DNA from: Malacoraja senta
Taxonomy: Eukaryota
Length of the DNA: 64,000 bases
Direction of reading: 5' to 3'
NCBI GenBank assembly: GCA_038087875.1
Contig: CM075988.1
Coordinates: 6,822,001-6,886,000, forward strand
This document shows positions 13,186 through 25,719 of the stretch, one piece after another. How positions within the stretch are numbered: position 1 is the first letter of the stretch; each line of letters begins with the position of its first letter. The position numbers were made by a program, and so were the translations under genes. Under the pieces are notes generated by a model. That model was not told where the DNA came from and searched no databases. It saw only the letters and a program-made list of their open reading frames with translations.

Positions 13186-14687
13186 GGGATGGAGGACAGT
13201 TGGGACCCAGGGATATAGTCACATAGGGAAAGCTAATACTAATACTTCCTACTAATGACACTACACAGTCTGATGTTACAATTCTTGCTGCTTATGAAGC
13301 AAAGAGAATTTTCTGATCTGTGACCTGATCTGATCTGGACAGTAATCAAGGTTCAGTACCATGGTTGTATAAAATATCTCTTTCACGTCGAGGAGCATTG
13401 AATGAACAGAGCTCTCCACTTCTCCCCTTGATTACTGGATCACACCAGGCTGCTGGAAAACAGAACCTGAACAAGCGGGAAATGAATTGTCTGCCCAAAC
13501 TAACTAAATAGCTAAACTAACGAACCAAACTAACTAAGGGAGGGAGGGTGGACACAAAATGCTGGAGTAACTCAGCGGGTCAGGCAGCATCTCTGGAGAA
13601 AAGGAATAAGGTGATGTTTCGGTCGAGACTCTTGTTCAGACTATTTTCCCTCCTTGCTCAAGGTCACTCCTCAAAACCTTTAGTTTAGTTTATTATCGTC
13701 CCCGTACTGTACCATGGTACAGTGAGAAGCGTTTATGTTGCGTGTTCTCCAGCCAGCGGAAAGACTTGATTACAATCAAGCCGTCCACAGTGTACAGATA
13801 AAAGAGTGGAGCGATTGTCATGAATGATTGGAGATCCACTTCTGGGACCAACACGCAGAGCGTCACCTGTCCTGGGCACCATCTTGGGAACAACCTGGCC
13901 GAGCTTTTGAAAATTTGTTCTCCCTTCTCCTTTACGTGAAGATGTCAAATTTCATCTGATGTTGTTTTACTATTTTAACGGCACAATACAAATCTTAGCT
14001 GTGAAGATGAAAGCCCTAAAATCTGGCAGCAGAGGTATGAATGACTGGATAAAGATTCCACTCATGAATAATGAACAGAGTCTCTTTCACCTTTGGTAAC
14101 ACTTTGGTTTCAGGAGGTTCACATTGATTTCGAAGAGCAGGGTTGACGATGCTGCATTTGCAGTTAATAAATGGATCGCAAGCGGAAGAGAGGAAGCCCT
14201 CTTCAATTAATTCACCAAATTTTATTTGCATTGAGTGAAGGTTTGGCCTACTGAATTAACTCTTATAGACCTGCTGTAAAGAATTGTATGCACACTACAT
14301 TGTTCAATTCAAAAGTAAAGGCACAGATGGAATGCGGGCACAGAGAATTGAAATAATATAAAAGGGACAAAGCTTATATGTTCAGGCAACATCACTCTAA
14401 TACCAAGGTGCATGGTCAGTGAAATAATCTATATCTTATGTTATTCCAAATAATCGAGGCAGGCGCCCTGTATAGGGACAATTCATCTGTCTTTTTGGAG
14501 GAGCAAACAGATTTCAAGGCATTGTTTAGGAAATGAAGTAGGTTTGATGGGGAGCTTTGCTGAGATATGTGGCAGTCTATCAGCATGTGTAGGAATGTGA
14601 TATTCTGCAACATTGGTTTTTTGGATGCTGACTGAGAGGGAAGCAGCTTACTCACCTATTTCTTTTCAAAATTTGTTCTTGGGACCT

Positions 14688-14980
14688 TTAGTTTAGTTTA
14701 GTTTACTTTAACGATACAGAGTGGAAACAGGCCCTTCGGCCCACCAACTCCATGCCGACTAACATACACTAGTTCTATCCTATACTCTAGGGACAATTTA
14801 CAGAAGTCAATTAACCTATGAACCCACACGTCTTTTGAAATGTGGGAGGAAACCGGAGCACCCAGAGAAAACCCGCGCGGTCATAGGGAGAATGTACAAA
14901 CTCCATACAGACAGCACCCATAGTTAGGGTTGAACCCGGGTCTCTGTAAGGCAGCAACTCTACTTTTGCGCCACCGTGTC
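14688..14980 (-). mobile_element. HE1-like V-SINE
   Basis: Reverse-complement consensus copy. Confidence 0.88.
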
Positions 14981-15236
14981 CATTTGCAAGGGCAGAAGGT
15001 GCCTCAATTTAACCAGTTGATATTTGTCAGCCCCTTCTGGGAACTGCTAATGTCCTCGCGGTTTCATTCAGAGATGAACCGACAGCACAAATTGTAAATG
15101 AAACTCAGGACATTGTAATCTGCATTGCTGCCCAACACTCCAGTTATTCACCGGGTTAATTGATGGGGTCATTTTAACCTGGCTTGGCATGGAGATAACC
15201 TCAGCAGCAGACAGAACACTCATTTTAAATCCCCAT

Positions 15237-16590
15237 CTTCTTCTGTCGTGTGTCTTTTAGACCTGCAGCTCCGTTGAGGCGAGCCAGGCCAACGTGTCAT
15301 CGTCCAGGTCAATCAGACCTCGTTCACCATTCGGTGGCCGGTGTTTGGGTCAACTGGTGACTATGTGCTCCAATGTCTGTGTTGGGTCCCCACACTCTCA
15401 GGAGGCGCTGTCCACGAGGCCCCACCTCTTCATCGCTACTCCATAGCGTCCGATGCCTGTCCTCAAGCGGTTGAGGGTTGTCCACTGCTTTCAGGGCAGG
15501 TCCTGGCCAGGGACGTCCATGGGGTCATCGATGTAATGGTGTAGCCTAGATGGTTCCCCTGACTTCCACTGGTCTCTCCATCTCGTCTTGACCCATAGAG
15601 GACAGCTTCCAGGCAGGGGAGAAGGCTGGGGCTGTCTTCTTGGACCTCACAGCTGCAGATGATACTGTCTGGCTGCGTGGACTACACGTGAAGCTTCTGG
15701 AAACCATCGCAGACAAGCACATGGTGAGCTTCATCATGGAGATGCTGAGCAACTGCAGCTTCAGGCTACACACCAGCAACGGGAAATGCAGCAGGGTGAG
15801 GAAACTTAAGAACGGCGTCCCACAGGGCTCAGTGCTGGCACCAATGCTGTTCAATATCTACATCCATGACCTGCCTGCAACCCAGTCAAAGAAGTATGGC
15901 TATGCTGATGACCTGGCCATCCTACTTAGTAAGCCATCCTGGGAAGCAGCAGAAGAGGGCCTCTCTGAAGACATGAACATCCTGTCTTCATACCTGAGGA
16001 ACTGGCACCTCAAGCTCAGCAGGGGTAAGACAACATCTTCAATGTTCCACCTCAACAACAGGGAAGCGTCCCGCGAGATGAACGTCATGGTGGATAACGC
16101 CCGGTTACGGTCTCAGCCTGTCCCCACGTAACTCGGTGTGAAGCTCGACAGAACGTTGCCATTCAAACAACACCTGGAAGGTGCCAAGGCAAAGACAAGC
16201 GCCCGTGCCGCACTGATTCGCCGCCTAGCCGGCACCACATGGGGAACCACGATGAAGACACTGCGCCTGTCCACAGTGGCCCTGGTGTTCTCAGCTGCCG
16301 AGTACTGCGCCCCGGACTGGTGCCGTAGCCCTCACGCCAAGAAGCTGGATGCTGCCCTCAACAGCACCCTGCGGACTGTCTCCGGATGCCTACGAGCCAC
16401 CCCAGTAAAACAACTGCCCGTCCTCGCTGGCATCGCCCCAGCCAACATCAGACGAGAAGCAGCCACGCTGGCCCTCTCTCGAAAGGCACAGACCAGTGAA
16501 TCCCACCTCCTCCATCAGATCGTCACAGAGACACCACGACGAGTGCGCCTTTGCCACGCAGGCCCAAGAGCTGCTCTGCTCAACACCGGC
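15237..16590. mobile_element. Ingi/Vingi-like LINE relic with inverted 5' part, flanked by a 12-bp TSD
   Basis: Plus strand ~15595-16590 encodes RT (DLTAA.DTVW, NGVPQGSVLAPMLFNIY, YADD). Minus strand ~15594-15237 encodes the C-terminus (WTTLNRLRTG, decayed C-x-C..H..C knuckle) and a (GAA)n tail. TTAAATCCCCAT at 15225-15236 and 16591-16602. Confidence 0.85.
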
Positions 16591-16894
16591 TTAAATCCCC
16601 ATAATCTTACTCGACATTAACTTAAATGGAGAGTAAATGTAAATATAAAGCAAAACCAACTCTACACATGACCTTCACCAGTTAGTTACAATTTTCCCCA
16701 CGAACACTTAAATGATGAAGGATGTGCATCAATTTATTTCACACGTGGTTTAAAGAGAACAAACAGGAAAACATACACTAGCAAACAAAATCAAAACAAC
16801 ATACATTACTTTTGGCACTGAGAGATCTCATTTTTACATCATAGGCTGATTTTGAAGTATAGGGGCTATTAAAAACAAGGGCAAATTGTGCATG

Positions 16895-16996
16895 TTTAAG
16901 AAGGAACTGCAGGTTTCGACCTGAAACGTTGCCTATTTCCTTCGCTCCATAGATGCTGCCTCACCCGCTGAGTTTCTCCAGCATTTTTGTCTACCA
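16895..16996. mobile_element. Short Penelope-like pLTR cassette with 13-bp TSD
   Basis: CAAATTGTGCATG at 16882-16894 and 16997-17009. Contains ..CCTGAAACGTTGCC.. Confidence 0.75.
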
Positions 16997-17064
16997 CAAA
17001 TTGTGCATGCTGCCTGTATTGGGAATTGTTGGTCAGGAGACCTAATGAGAACTCTTTAATTTAC

Positions 17065-17370
17065 TTTAGTTTGGAGGTACAGCATGGAAACAGGCCCTTC
17101 ATCCCACCGAGTCCATGATGACCATCAATCACCCGTTTACACTTAGTTCTATGTTACCCCACTTTTTCATCCAATCCTTACACCTTGGGGCAATTAACAG
17201 AGGCCATTTAATGTACCAACCCGTACGACTTTGGGATGTGGGAGGAAACCGGAACTCCCAGAGGAAACTCACGCGGTCACAGGGAGAACGAGCAAACTCC
17301 ATACGGACAACACCCGGCATCAGGATTGAACCCAGGTCTCCAGCACTATGAGCTATCAGCTGCACCACCC
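17065..17370 (-). mobile_element. HE1-like V-SINE
   Basis: Reverse-complement consensus copy. Confidence 0.85.
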
Positions 17371-17487
17371 TAACCTGGTGTTCTTGAAATAGTTTTGGGT
17401 TTTAAACAGAGCCCCTGGCAGAGGCAGGTGTGCCTGTTTTTGTGCCTCCTTTGAAAGATGCCTTCTATGACTACACAGCTTTGCCTT

Positions 17488-17715
17488 TAACAACTATCAA
17501 CAACTAGAGAGTGAGCCTGAGCTACCTCACTGGAGACTCTCGGACTTTACTGGACTCTATCGGGCACTAAATGTTATTCCCTTTATCATGTGCCTGTACA
17601 CTGTGGATTGCTCGACTGTAATCATGCATAGTCTTTGCGCCGACCGGTTTGCACACAACAAAAGCGTTTTACTGTACCTCGGTACACATGACATTAAACT
17701 AAACTAAACTAAACA
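17488..17715 (+). mobile_element. Rex1-type LINE 3'UTR
   Basis: Same tail as 490-1220 (ACTGTACCTCGGTACA..(CTAAA)n). Confidence 0.65.
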
Positions 17716-18039
17716 GTATACTCAATAGCAAAATCTGGCATTGGATTCAAATCTCTGAGTTAAGGAAATGAAAGCTGCCAACTAAGCCAAGCCAGTTCAT
17801 GTTAGATGATATGTAGATAATTGCAGATTTTTGTTTGAAGTGATGTTAATGCTTGCTTAATTCAGGAAGCTCCAGACCAATTATTGCATTGCCAGGAACC
17901 TTCACATAATCAGAGTATTGATCATTTTGAATTTGATTGCAGGAGTTGAATTTGCAAATCACTTTCCAAAATATGCTAAAGTAATGATGTTGCTGACTAC
18001 AACACTGTTCCATGCACCATCTCCACAGCACAAGAGTAG

Positions 18040-18350
18040 TTTAGGTTAATTTAGTTTAGAGAGACAGCGTGGAAACAGGCCCTTCGGCCCACTGAGTCCG
18101 CGCCGACCAGCGATCACCCCATATACTAACACTATCCTTCACACACTAGGAACAATTTACAATTTTACCAAAGTCAATTAACCTACAAACCTATGCATCT
18201 TTGGAGTGTGGGAGGAAACCCGAGCACCCAGAGAAAACCCACGCAGGTCATGGGGAGAAGGTACAAACTCCGTACAGACAGCACCCATAGTCAGGATCTA
18301 ACTCGGGTCTGGGGCGCTGTAAGGCAGCAACTCTACCGCTGCACTACCAT
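18040..18350 (-). mobile_element. HE1-like V-SINE
   Basis: Full-length reverse-complement copy. Confidence 0.9.
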
Positions 18351-19314
18351 GTATCACTACTATTATTATGGCGTATACACCATAGTATACGAACTATTTT
18401 CCCCATGGCTCATGTTCCTCAAGTGAGCATGTTTCACAAGCGGAAGAACTGATTAACAAAGAACATTAGATCCCGGGCTTCATAAACAAGCATTGAGTAT
18501 AAAAGCAAGCCGATTATGTCAAATCTTTTAAAACATGAATTGAAGGTCACAATTCAGGTATTGTGTCCAATTGTGGCCATTGTTCTTTAGGAAGGATGTT
18601 AAGGTGCTGGAGAGAGTGCAGAGATGTCTTACCATTTATTCTCCCTAGGATCCCCAGAGTTTTCTATAATAAGTTTCCCTCAGTACCGTCTTCTCCAGCC
18701 GCACCTTTGCTCAATGCTACAGTTTTCAAGTCCCGGCAACAGTCTCTACCCACAAATGTGATAAAGGCATACACAATGACAACAGATTTATTCAGATGGA
18801 GAACGCGAGAGGGAAGAGCAGAGGAGAAGCTCTTCCCTTTACCAAAGAAGTCAAGACCGTAGATTTAAAAGATTGGTCAAAGAAGCAAGGGCGAGATGTG
18901 AGAATGTGTTTGTTTTTAACACAGCAAATAATTAGAATGTACAGAAAATGTGACGAATGCAGATTCCATTGTGGATTTCAATGGACCATTTTTTGAAGGT
19001 AAAATAAATTGCAGGGCTATGGAGAAAGAGCAGGTAAATAAGGCTGGACTATATTGAATTAGCAACACTATATTGCACTGATTTGATGGACTGAATGGCT
19101 TCCCTCTGTTGTGTAACACATCTGAAACTGGACCCAGGGCAATACAAATTAAGTTGACTGCGTGTGACATCAAAGTAGGGACCTGCCTTTGTCTTGTACT
19201 GGCACAGAGCAGACATAATGATGTCCCACACGCTCTCAATGACGTGACTGCACATACACCTGCAGGCACGCAACATGACACGTTTCCGCATTACCAGAAA
19301 GTCACTTTCTGTTC

Positions 19315-19660
19315 CTAAGTTATAGGAGCAGAATAAGGCCATTCAGCCCATGAAGTCTATTCCTCCAATCAATCATAGCTTATCTTTCTTTCCCTCTCAA
19401 CCCCATTCTCCTGCCTTCTCCCCACAACCCGATATCTGTACTAATCAATAATCTATCAATCTCCGCCTCGTAAAGATCCATTGACTTGGCCTCCACAGCC
19501 TTCTGTGCCAAAGAATTCCACAGATTCACCACCCTCTGACTGAAGAGATTCCTCATCACCTTTCTAAAGGAACACCCTACTATTCAGAAGCTATGGCCTC
19601 TGGTCCTAGACTCTCCCACTTGTGGAAACATCCTCACCACATCCACTCTATCCGGGCATT
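19315..19660 (-). mobile_element. CR1 LINE 3' end
   Basis: Homologous to the 3' end of 51125-53866. Similar copies at 9560-9750, 29885-30145, 44400-44825, 46150-46370. Confidence 0.75.
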
Positions 19661-20337
19661 TGAGTTGTCTTTGTGCAAAGGGACTCAGAGCAACCATGGC
19701 AGCCTTACTCCAGCACCAGGTATTCCACATGGGTATGCAAGCTGGCAGCCCCCTGGATGTTGGGACTCAGTGCTACAGTCAGTCATGTGTTTACCCACTG
19801 AGCCATTAAGGCAATGACAGTTCCTCTGCATTCCCACTAAATAAAGGCATCTGAATATGAATACAACAAAGGGGCAGACTGCGGCATGCCTGAGACTGAG
19901 GGCACAGATCTCCCATTGAATGTGAATGTAGGGCACAACCTGTCACGTGGATTAACTGCGTCCTGGCATCTTGTGATCACAGTGCACTTTCTCACAGGAA
20001 TGCCAGCCTTTTGCCGAGTCCACACTGGCAGAACCTGCCCTCTCTGTCCTTATGACAAACTGCTTCCCCTCTCCCTGCCACTCAGTCTGAAGAAGGGTCT
20101 CGACCCGAACATCATCCATTCCTTCTCTCCAGAGGTGCCACCTGTCCCGCTGAGTTCCTCCAGCTTTTTGTGTCTATCTTCGCTGTAAACCAGCATCTGG
20201 AGTTCCTTCCTACACAAAATCCAGAGTGGTGGCCAACAGGATCTCATGGTAACCAAGTCACCTCATTGCAGATGAATAAGCTGAGGTCTGGGCTTAGCCT
20301 TTACAACAGCCTGGTGCATTAATTATCTGTGAAACCT

Positions 20338-20433
20338 ATCTCTCTCTCTCTCTCCTCTCTCTCTCTCACCCTCCCTCCCTCCCCCTCCCTCTCCCTCTCC
20401 CACCCCCCCTCTCTCTCTTTCTCTCTCTCTCTC
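20338..20433. repeat. CT-rich polypyrimidine microsatellite
   Basis: (CT)n/(CCCT)n tract. Confidence 0.9.
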
Positions 20434-20636
20434 TGTGTCACCCCTCTGCTTCAATGCATTATCACTACCCGCATGGTTTCCAGCCAGAACTGCTCAATCA
20501 ATCTATTTTTTCAATAATTTACTAAAAATACATTCTGGAAACCTGGAGTTTATTGATATTGCCCACAACCAAATATTTTAATTTAAATAAACTTAAATCT
20601 CATCGCAATGATGGTCAGGATCAGGATAAATAATAC

Positions 20637-20668
<32 letters not shown>

Positions 20669-20686
20669 AATAGTAATAATAATAAT
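20637..20686. repeat. (AAT)n microsatellite
   Basis: Imperfect TAA repeats. Confidence 0.9.
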
Positions 20687-21078
20687 GTTATCTGGTGTTC
20701 GGTTTTTAAATCCCTTTGCTTTCTCTCGGTGGTGTGTAGGTGATGTGCCGAGTGTTGGCTCACAGTGAAAACACATCTAACAAAAGATATCCATGCAGAC
20801 CCGCGATTGCAACGGGCACCAGCGACATTCTTACATAAAGCAGAAAACCGCTTCATTGAATCCAACTCCCGGGATGAATCGACAATGAATAAGATTAATT
20901 CATTCTCAGGGAGATTGAACAATAAAAAAAATACCCCCAAAGCGGCGTGAATATCGATTCAGTAACATGCCTTGTGGCGATGAATGGAAACAGTCTTCAC
21001 ATTTTCTGTCTCACTGTTCATTGTAAAATGTGTTTGTCTCTGAGACGTGTGTGTGTTTTTTTTTTACAAAGCACTTAC

Positions 21079-21422
21079 TCGTCATCCCTGATGAATTCTT
21101 CCTCTTCTTCCGCCGCCTGCTTGATCACCGGGGCCAAATTCTCCGTCTTCTCGTTGTAATTTCGGAAGCAAACGTTGAGCTTCTCATCGAAGTCGTTGAC
21201 CAGGTCTTCCATGGACTTGAAACTCATCATCTCGGTGGTGAAATTGTCCAGCTCGCTCAGCTCCTCCAGGTGGGAGATGCCTGCCGTCCTCACCGACCCC
21301 AGCTCGTTCAGGTTCTCCTCTTCCATCGGCTGCTTCTGCCGTCCCCGTCCCCCGGCTCGCTCGGGCTTCAGCTCGTAGAAATCCTGCCATTCCTCGTCTA
21401 GGGTGACCAGCGGAGCTGCCAT
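21079..21422 (-). CDS. FEZ1: FEZ/UNC-76 family (fasciculation and elongation protein zeta) gene, first coding exon; FEZ1-like, paralog identity uncertain
   Basis: Translates MAAPLVTLDEEWQDFYEL...LSELDNFTTEMMSFKSMEDLVNDFDEKLNVCFRNYNEKTENLAPV...EEEEEFIRDDE, matching the FEZ1 motif SFKSMEDLVNEFDEKLNVCFRNYN. ATG at 21422 in context GCGATGG. Ends GA|GTAAGT (phase-2 donor at 21078). CpG-rich. Confidence 0.93.
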
Positions 21423-21663
21423 CGCGCCCGGGATGCGAGAGGCGAGCGCTCGGAGACTGCGGAGAGACTGCGCATTGAGCAAGGTGAGATCATCACCGCT
21501 CCACCGGGAGGAGAGGAGAGCAGCGAAAATCACAGCACAACCCCACCCTCTCCCCGCCCCCAAAAAGAAAACCTTCCCTCCTTGTCATCACGCCAAAGAG
21601 GAGGCCTTTCGGTCCCTCGGCTCCATTCTAGCTCCCAGCGAAACAAACACCATTGGTTCCAAT
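21423..21663 (-). promoter_or_regulatory. Putative 5'UTR and CpG/GC-box promoter of the FEZ gene
   Basis: CpG-rich stretch upstream of the ATG with a GC box (CCCCGCCCC 21552-21560), a CACCC box (~21541-21548) and CCAAT motifs (21652-21663). TSS not determinable from sequence. Confidence 0.5.
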
Positions 21664-22124
21664 GTGTAGGAAGGAACTGCAGATGGACTCAAAACGCTGA
21701 AGGGTCCCCACCCGAAACATCACCCATCCCTTCTCTTCTGAGATGCTCCCTGTCCCGCTGAGTTACTCCAGCATTTAGTTCCAATCTCCTAATTTAATCA
21801 ATGGTACTTTATTGTCACATGTTGCCAGAATGATGCGCAGGAAGGAACTGCAAGTGCTGGTTCACCCCGAAGATAGAAGAGTGACACAAAATGATGGAGT
21901 AACTCATGAGGGTCAGGGAGCATCTCTGGAGAAAAGAGTTGATGTTGCTTTGGGTTGGATCCCTTCTTCAGACTGAAAGTAGAGGTTGGGGGGGGATAAA
22001 TTGGAGGCAAGAAATGGTGAGTTTATCCCCCCCCCCAACTTAACCCGCTCAATCCAACCTCCAAAATGATGGAGTAACCCACTGCGATACTCCAACATTT
22101 TGTGTCTATTCGACCAGAATGATG

Positions 22125-22570
22125 CCTAGATTGCAGGGTATCACATAAAGGGATAGATTGGACAGACTTGGATTGTTTTCACTGGCAGGTCTGGAGAATG
22201 AGGGCGACCTGATGGAAGTGTATACAATTATGAGAGGCATAGATAGGGTAGACAGTCGGAACCTTTTTCCCCATGATGGTAATATCAAATGCTAGAGGGC
22301 ATAGGTTTAAGGTGAGAGGGGCAAAGTTTAAAGGAGATGTGTGGAGCAAGTTTTGTACACAGCGGGCGGTGTGTGTCTGGAGCCACTGCTGGGGATGGTG
22401 GTGGAGGCAGATACGATAGTGGCGCTTAAGAGGCTTTTAGAAAGGCATCTGGATATTCAGGGGATGGAGGGATATGGATTATGTGCAGGCAGGTAAGCGT
22501 TGGTATCAGGTTTGGCACATATATTTTGGGCTGAAGGGCCTGTTCCTGTGCTGTACTGCTCCATGTTCCA
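22125..22570 (+). mobile_element. CR1 LINE 3' fragment
   Basis: Degenerate RLDRLGLFSL..RGDL..TRGH-like sequence and GGGCTGAAGGGCCTGTTCCTGTGCTGTA tail. Confidence 0.75.
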
Positions 22571-22750
22571 GACCCAATCCTTGTCAATAATTCTCTCCAC
22601 CTTGCCATTGCAGGGTGCTGGTCCATCGGGGAGATTTATATACCAATGGCCCTTCAGCCCATCAGGTCTGTACCTGTTATCAAACACATTTTGCCCCATG
22701 ATGGGTTACAGTTTAATAGGCATTGGATAACACCAGCTGCCTATCCATTT

Positions 22751-23042
22751 GAATGAATGAATGAATGAATGGATAAGTTTATTGGCCAAGTATTCACATA
22801 CAAGGAATTTGTCTTGGTGCTCCGCCCGCAAGTGACAACATGACATATACAGTAACAGTTAGGAACGATACATAAAACATTAAACAGAATTATAAAACAT
22901 TATTGATTAAACATGTGATTTAAATACAAATACCAGAGCAATAGGAGGCTACAGATTTTTGGTTATTGAGTAGAGCTACTACTCATGGAAAAAAAGTTGT
23001 TTTTATGTCTGGCTGTGGCTGCTTTGATAGTCCGGAGTCACC
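22751..23042 (-). mobile_element. Rex1 LINE 3' end with (ATTC)n tail
   Basis: Near-identical to 31428-31723. Confidence 0.8.
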
Positions 23043-23846
23043 CATGCCTGACAAAGTCAACAAGACATGAGGGAAGAGTTGGAGGGAGGGGTTTAAAAAT
23101 AGCCTTCCCCGTTCTCACTAGATCTCACTGCATCGTCCAAAGATCACTGCACAGTGGATAAGTGGAGCAATACTCAACATCTACTCTCCCAAACCCAGAA
23201 GGTCAGAATTTGTTTATCATTGACGTGGGTGCAAGGTGACACAAAACAACTTGCATTTATTTTTTACCTTTAATTTTTTTTAAGCATCCCAAGAAACATG
23301 GAGAGTGTTATCAAAACAAAAGTTGACACCCAACTATATAAAATCGGTGACACAATACCCATTCCCCTCCCACAGTTGGCAAAGTCGCTGCCTCACAACT
23401 CCAGAGACCGGTTCAATCTTGACCTTTGCTGCTGTCAGTGTGAAGTTTGCAAGTTCCCTCTGCCTGGGGTTTCCACCGAGTACTTGGGTTTCACCGCACA
23501 TCCCAAAGGTGTGCATGTGGTAGGTTAGTTGACCGCTCTTGTGTTTAAGTGAGTAGTAGATTCTAAGGGGAGTTGAGGGGGACATGGGGAGAAGAGATGA
23601 ATGAGTGCTTCCTGAATTTGAGTGTATATAAATGCATATGGAGACTTGTGTCAAACTTGGACCATTTTCTCTGGAGTAACAATGGCTGAAGGGTAGCTTG
23701 ATAGAAAATAGATTAAATTGTGAGAGGAATAAACAGTCCTTTTCCCAGGATGGGAATGTCAAATACTAGAGTGCATAGATTTGGGGATGGGTGAATGGGG
23801 AAATTTTTAAAGTAGATTTGCAGGGCAAATCTTATACACAGAGAGT

Positions 23847-24048
23847 TTAAGAAGGAAGTGCAGATGCTGGAAAATCGAAGGTAGACAAAAATGATGGAGA
23901 AACTCAGCGGGTGAGGCAGCATCTATGGAGCGAAGGAAATACGCAACGTTTCGGGTCTGAAGAAGGGTTTCGACCCGAAACGTTGCCTATTTCCTTTGCT
24001 CCATAGATGCTGCCTCACCCGCTGAGTTTCTCCAGCATTGTTGTCTAC
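23847..24048. mobile_element. Palindromic Penelope-like cassette with hammerhead core and 16-bp TSD, inserted in a CR1 relic
   Basis: CTTATACACAGAGAGT at 23831-23846 and 24049-24064. Inverted arms around CTGAAGAAGGGTTTCGACCCGAAACGTT (23957-23984). Confidence 0.85.
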
Positions 24049-25055
24049 CTTATACACAGAGAGTATTGGTTGCCTGGAACGCACTGCTTGGGTGTGGTGT
24101 AAGTAGACACAATAGCAATGTTTAAGAGATATTTAGACAGACAGATTTAAGAGGTAATTGGACAGACACACGGACTAGCAGGGAATAGAGGAATACGGAC
24201 CTCATGCAGAGAGATAGGATTAGTTTAATATACCACCAGGGTTGATGTAGAAATTTCATCCTCTGCTGCACTCTTTTAAGTTTGATGATTTTTATATCAA
24301 AGTAGTATTTTCAAACCCCAATGCATCTCAGAATACTACACAAGGGGAGGTAGTAATTGGGATCCACATAAACTGATCAAAACCAATGGAGTGAGTACTT
24401 ACTAGTTGTGATGATAAGAATAAGGATTAAAAATGTTAGAACATAGGGGAGAAGGCAAGAGAATGGGGTTGAGAGAGAAAGATAGATTAGCCAGGATTGA
24501 ATGGAGGAGTAAACTCAATGGGCCAAATGAATAATTCTGCTTGTGAACTTAGTGAGAATGTCAAGAGCACCTTGGAATAAGAAGCTTTTCAGAGCACAGA
24601 TAATCAGAATGATACCTCGACTCCAAGGGTTAAATTATGAAGTGAGATTCCTTTAACTAAGGTTTCCCAAGGCTAAAGGAAAATTTGACCAAATATATAG
24701 ATACCTCTCATCTCTGCTGAAAAGCTGGTAGGTGAGCTACCTTCCCCAACTTCTGGTCTATATGCATGTTGTACTGCTGCATCCAAGAATTTCATTTCAA
24801 CTGTACCTCACTGTAAGTGTTTATGTGACAGTAAACCTGACTTGATTTGTTCCATTGCAAATCTCCCCTTTTTATTATTCATACATATCTAAACATTTGC
24901 TGACCAAGACCCCTTCACCCACGCTCCTTGTGGACCAGAATCAATATTAGATCTTGATTGAGCTTTACCTTGATTAGAAAACCATGATCCGTGTTCAAGT
25001 CCCTCCGGGAATCCACCAGTCTCTATCGCCGCAAGCTCTCCTAGCCTCTGAGTTA

Positions 25056-25288
25056 AGGGCCTGTCCCACTTCAGGCGACCTAATTCATTACCTTTTTACT
25101 CGTGGACATTTTTCATCAGGCTAGAAAAAATGCCCTGACCTACTTGATGCCACGAGTACCTACGACTAGCACCATGACCTACCTACCTACGACCTCCAAC
25201 GACCTTGTGATGACCATGCTGCGAGTATGAGGTCAAGGGCAAACTCGGCAGAGGTCGTGAATTAGGTCGTGAAAGTGGGACAGGCCTT
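25056..25288. mobile_element. PIF/Harbinger-type MITE (family A)
   Basis: TIR AGGGCCTGTCCCACT / AGTGGGACAGGCCTT, extended inverted CGACCTAATTCA, TTA on both sides. Confidence 0.8.
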
Positions 25289-25292
25289 TTAA

Positions 25293-25719
25293 AGGGCCTG
25301 TCCCACTTAGGAGACCTAAACAGCAACCTCTGGTGACCTTGCCCGCCACCCAAGGTTTCCATGAGGTCACCGGAGGTTTTGGCCACTCTCCCTAATGGTC
25401 GAAAGTGGTTTCCGCGTGGTCGAGGCTTCATCTAGGTTGCTGCTATTTTTTCATCATGATTAAAACGGCCTCGACTAAAATAGGTTGCCGTTTAAAAATC
25501 GATAATTTTTAGTCGCAGGTCTAGTCGAAGCCGGTTGCGACACTAGTCGAAGGTAGTCAAGGGAGGTCGAAGGAGGTTTTCTTCATAGTCGAGGAAGGTT
25601 TTCAACATATGCGTGGGAGGTGGTAGGAGGTTGCAGTCACCTCGACCTTGATTTTTTTTTGGGTGGCGGGCAAGGTCACCAGAGGTTGCTGTTTAGGTCT
25701 CCTAAGTGGGACAGGCCCT
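25293..25719. mobile_element. PIF/Harbinger-type MITE (family B)
   Basis: ~59-bp TIR AGGGCCTGTCCCACTTAGGAGACCTAAACAGCAACCTCTGGTGACCTTGCCCGCCACCC, TAA on both sides. Confidence 0.85.

Noticed and set aside
21423..21563. N-terminal extension of the FEZ ORF in the ORF track
   Set aside because: Starts at a non-ATG codon. Homology begins at the ATG at 21422.
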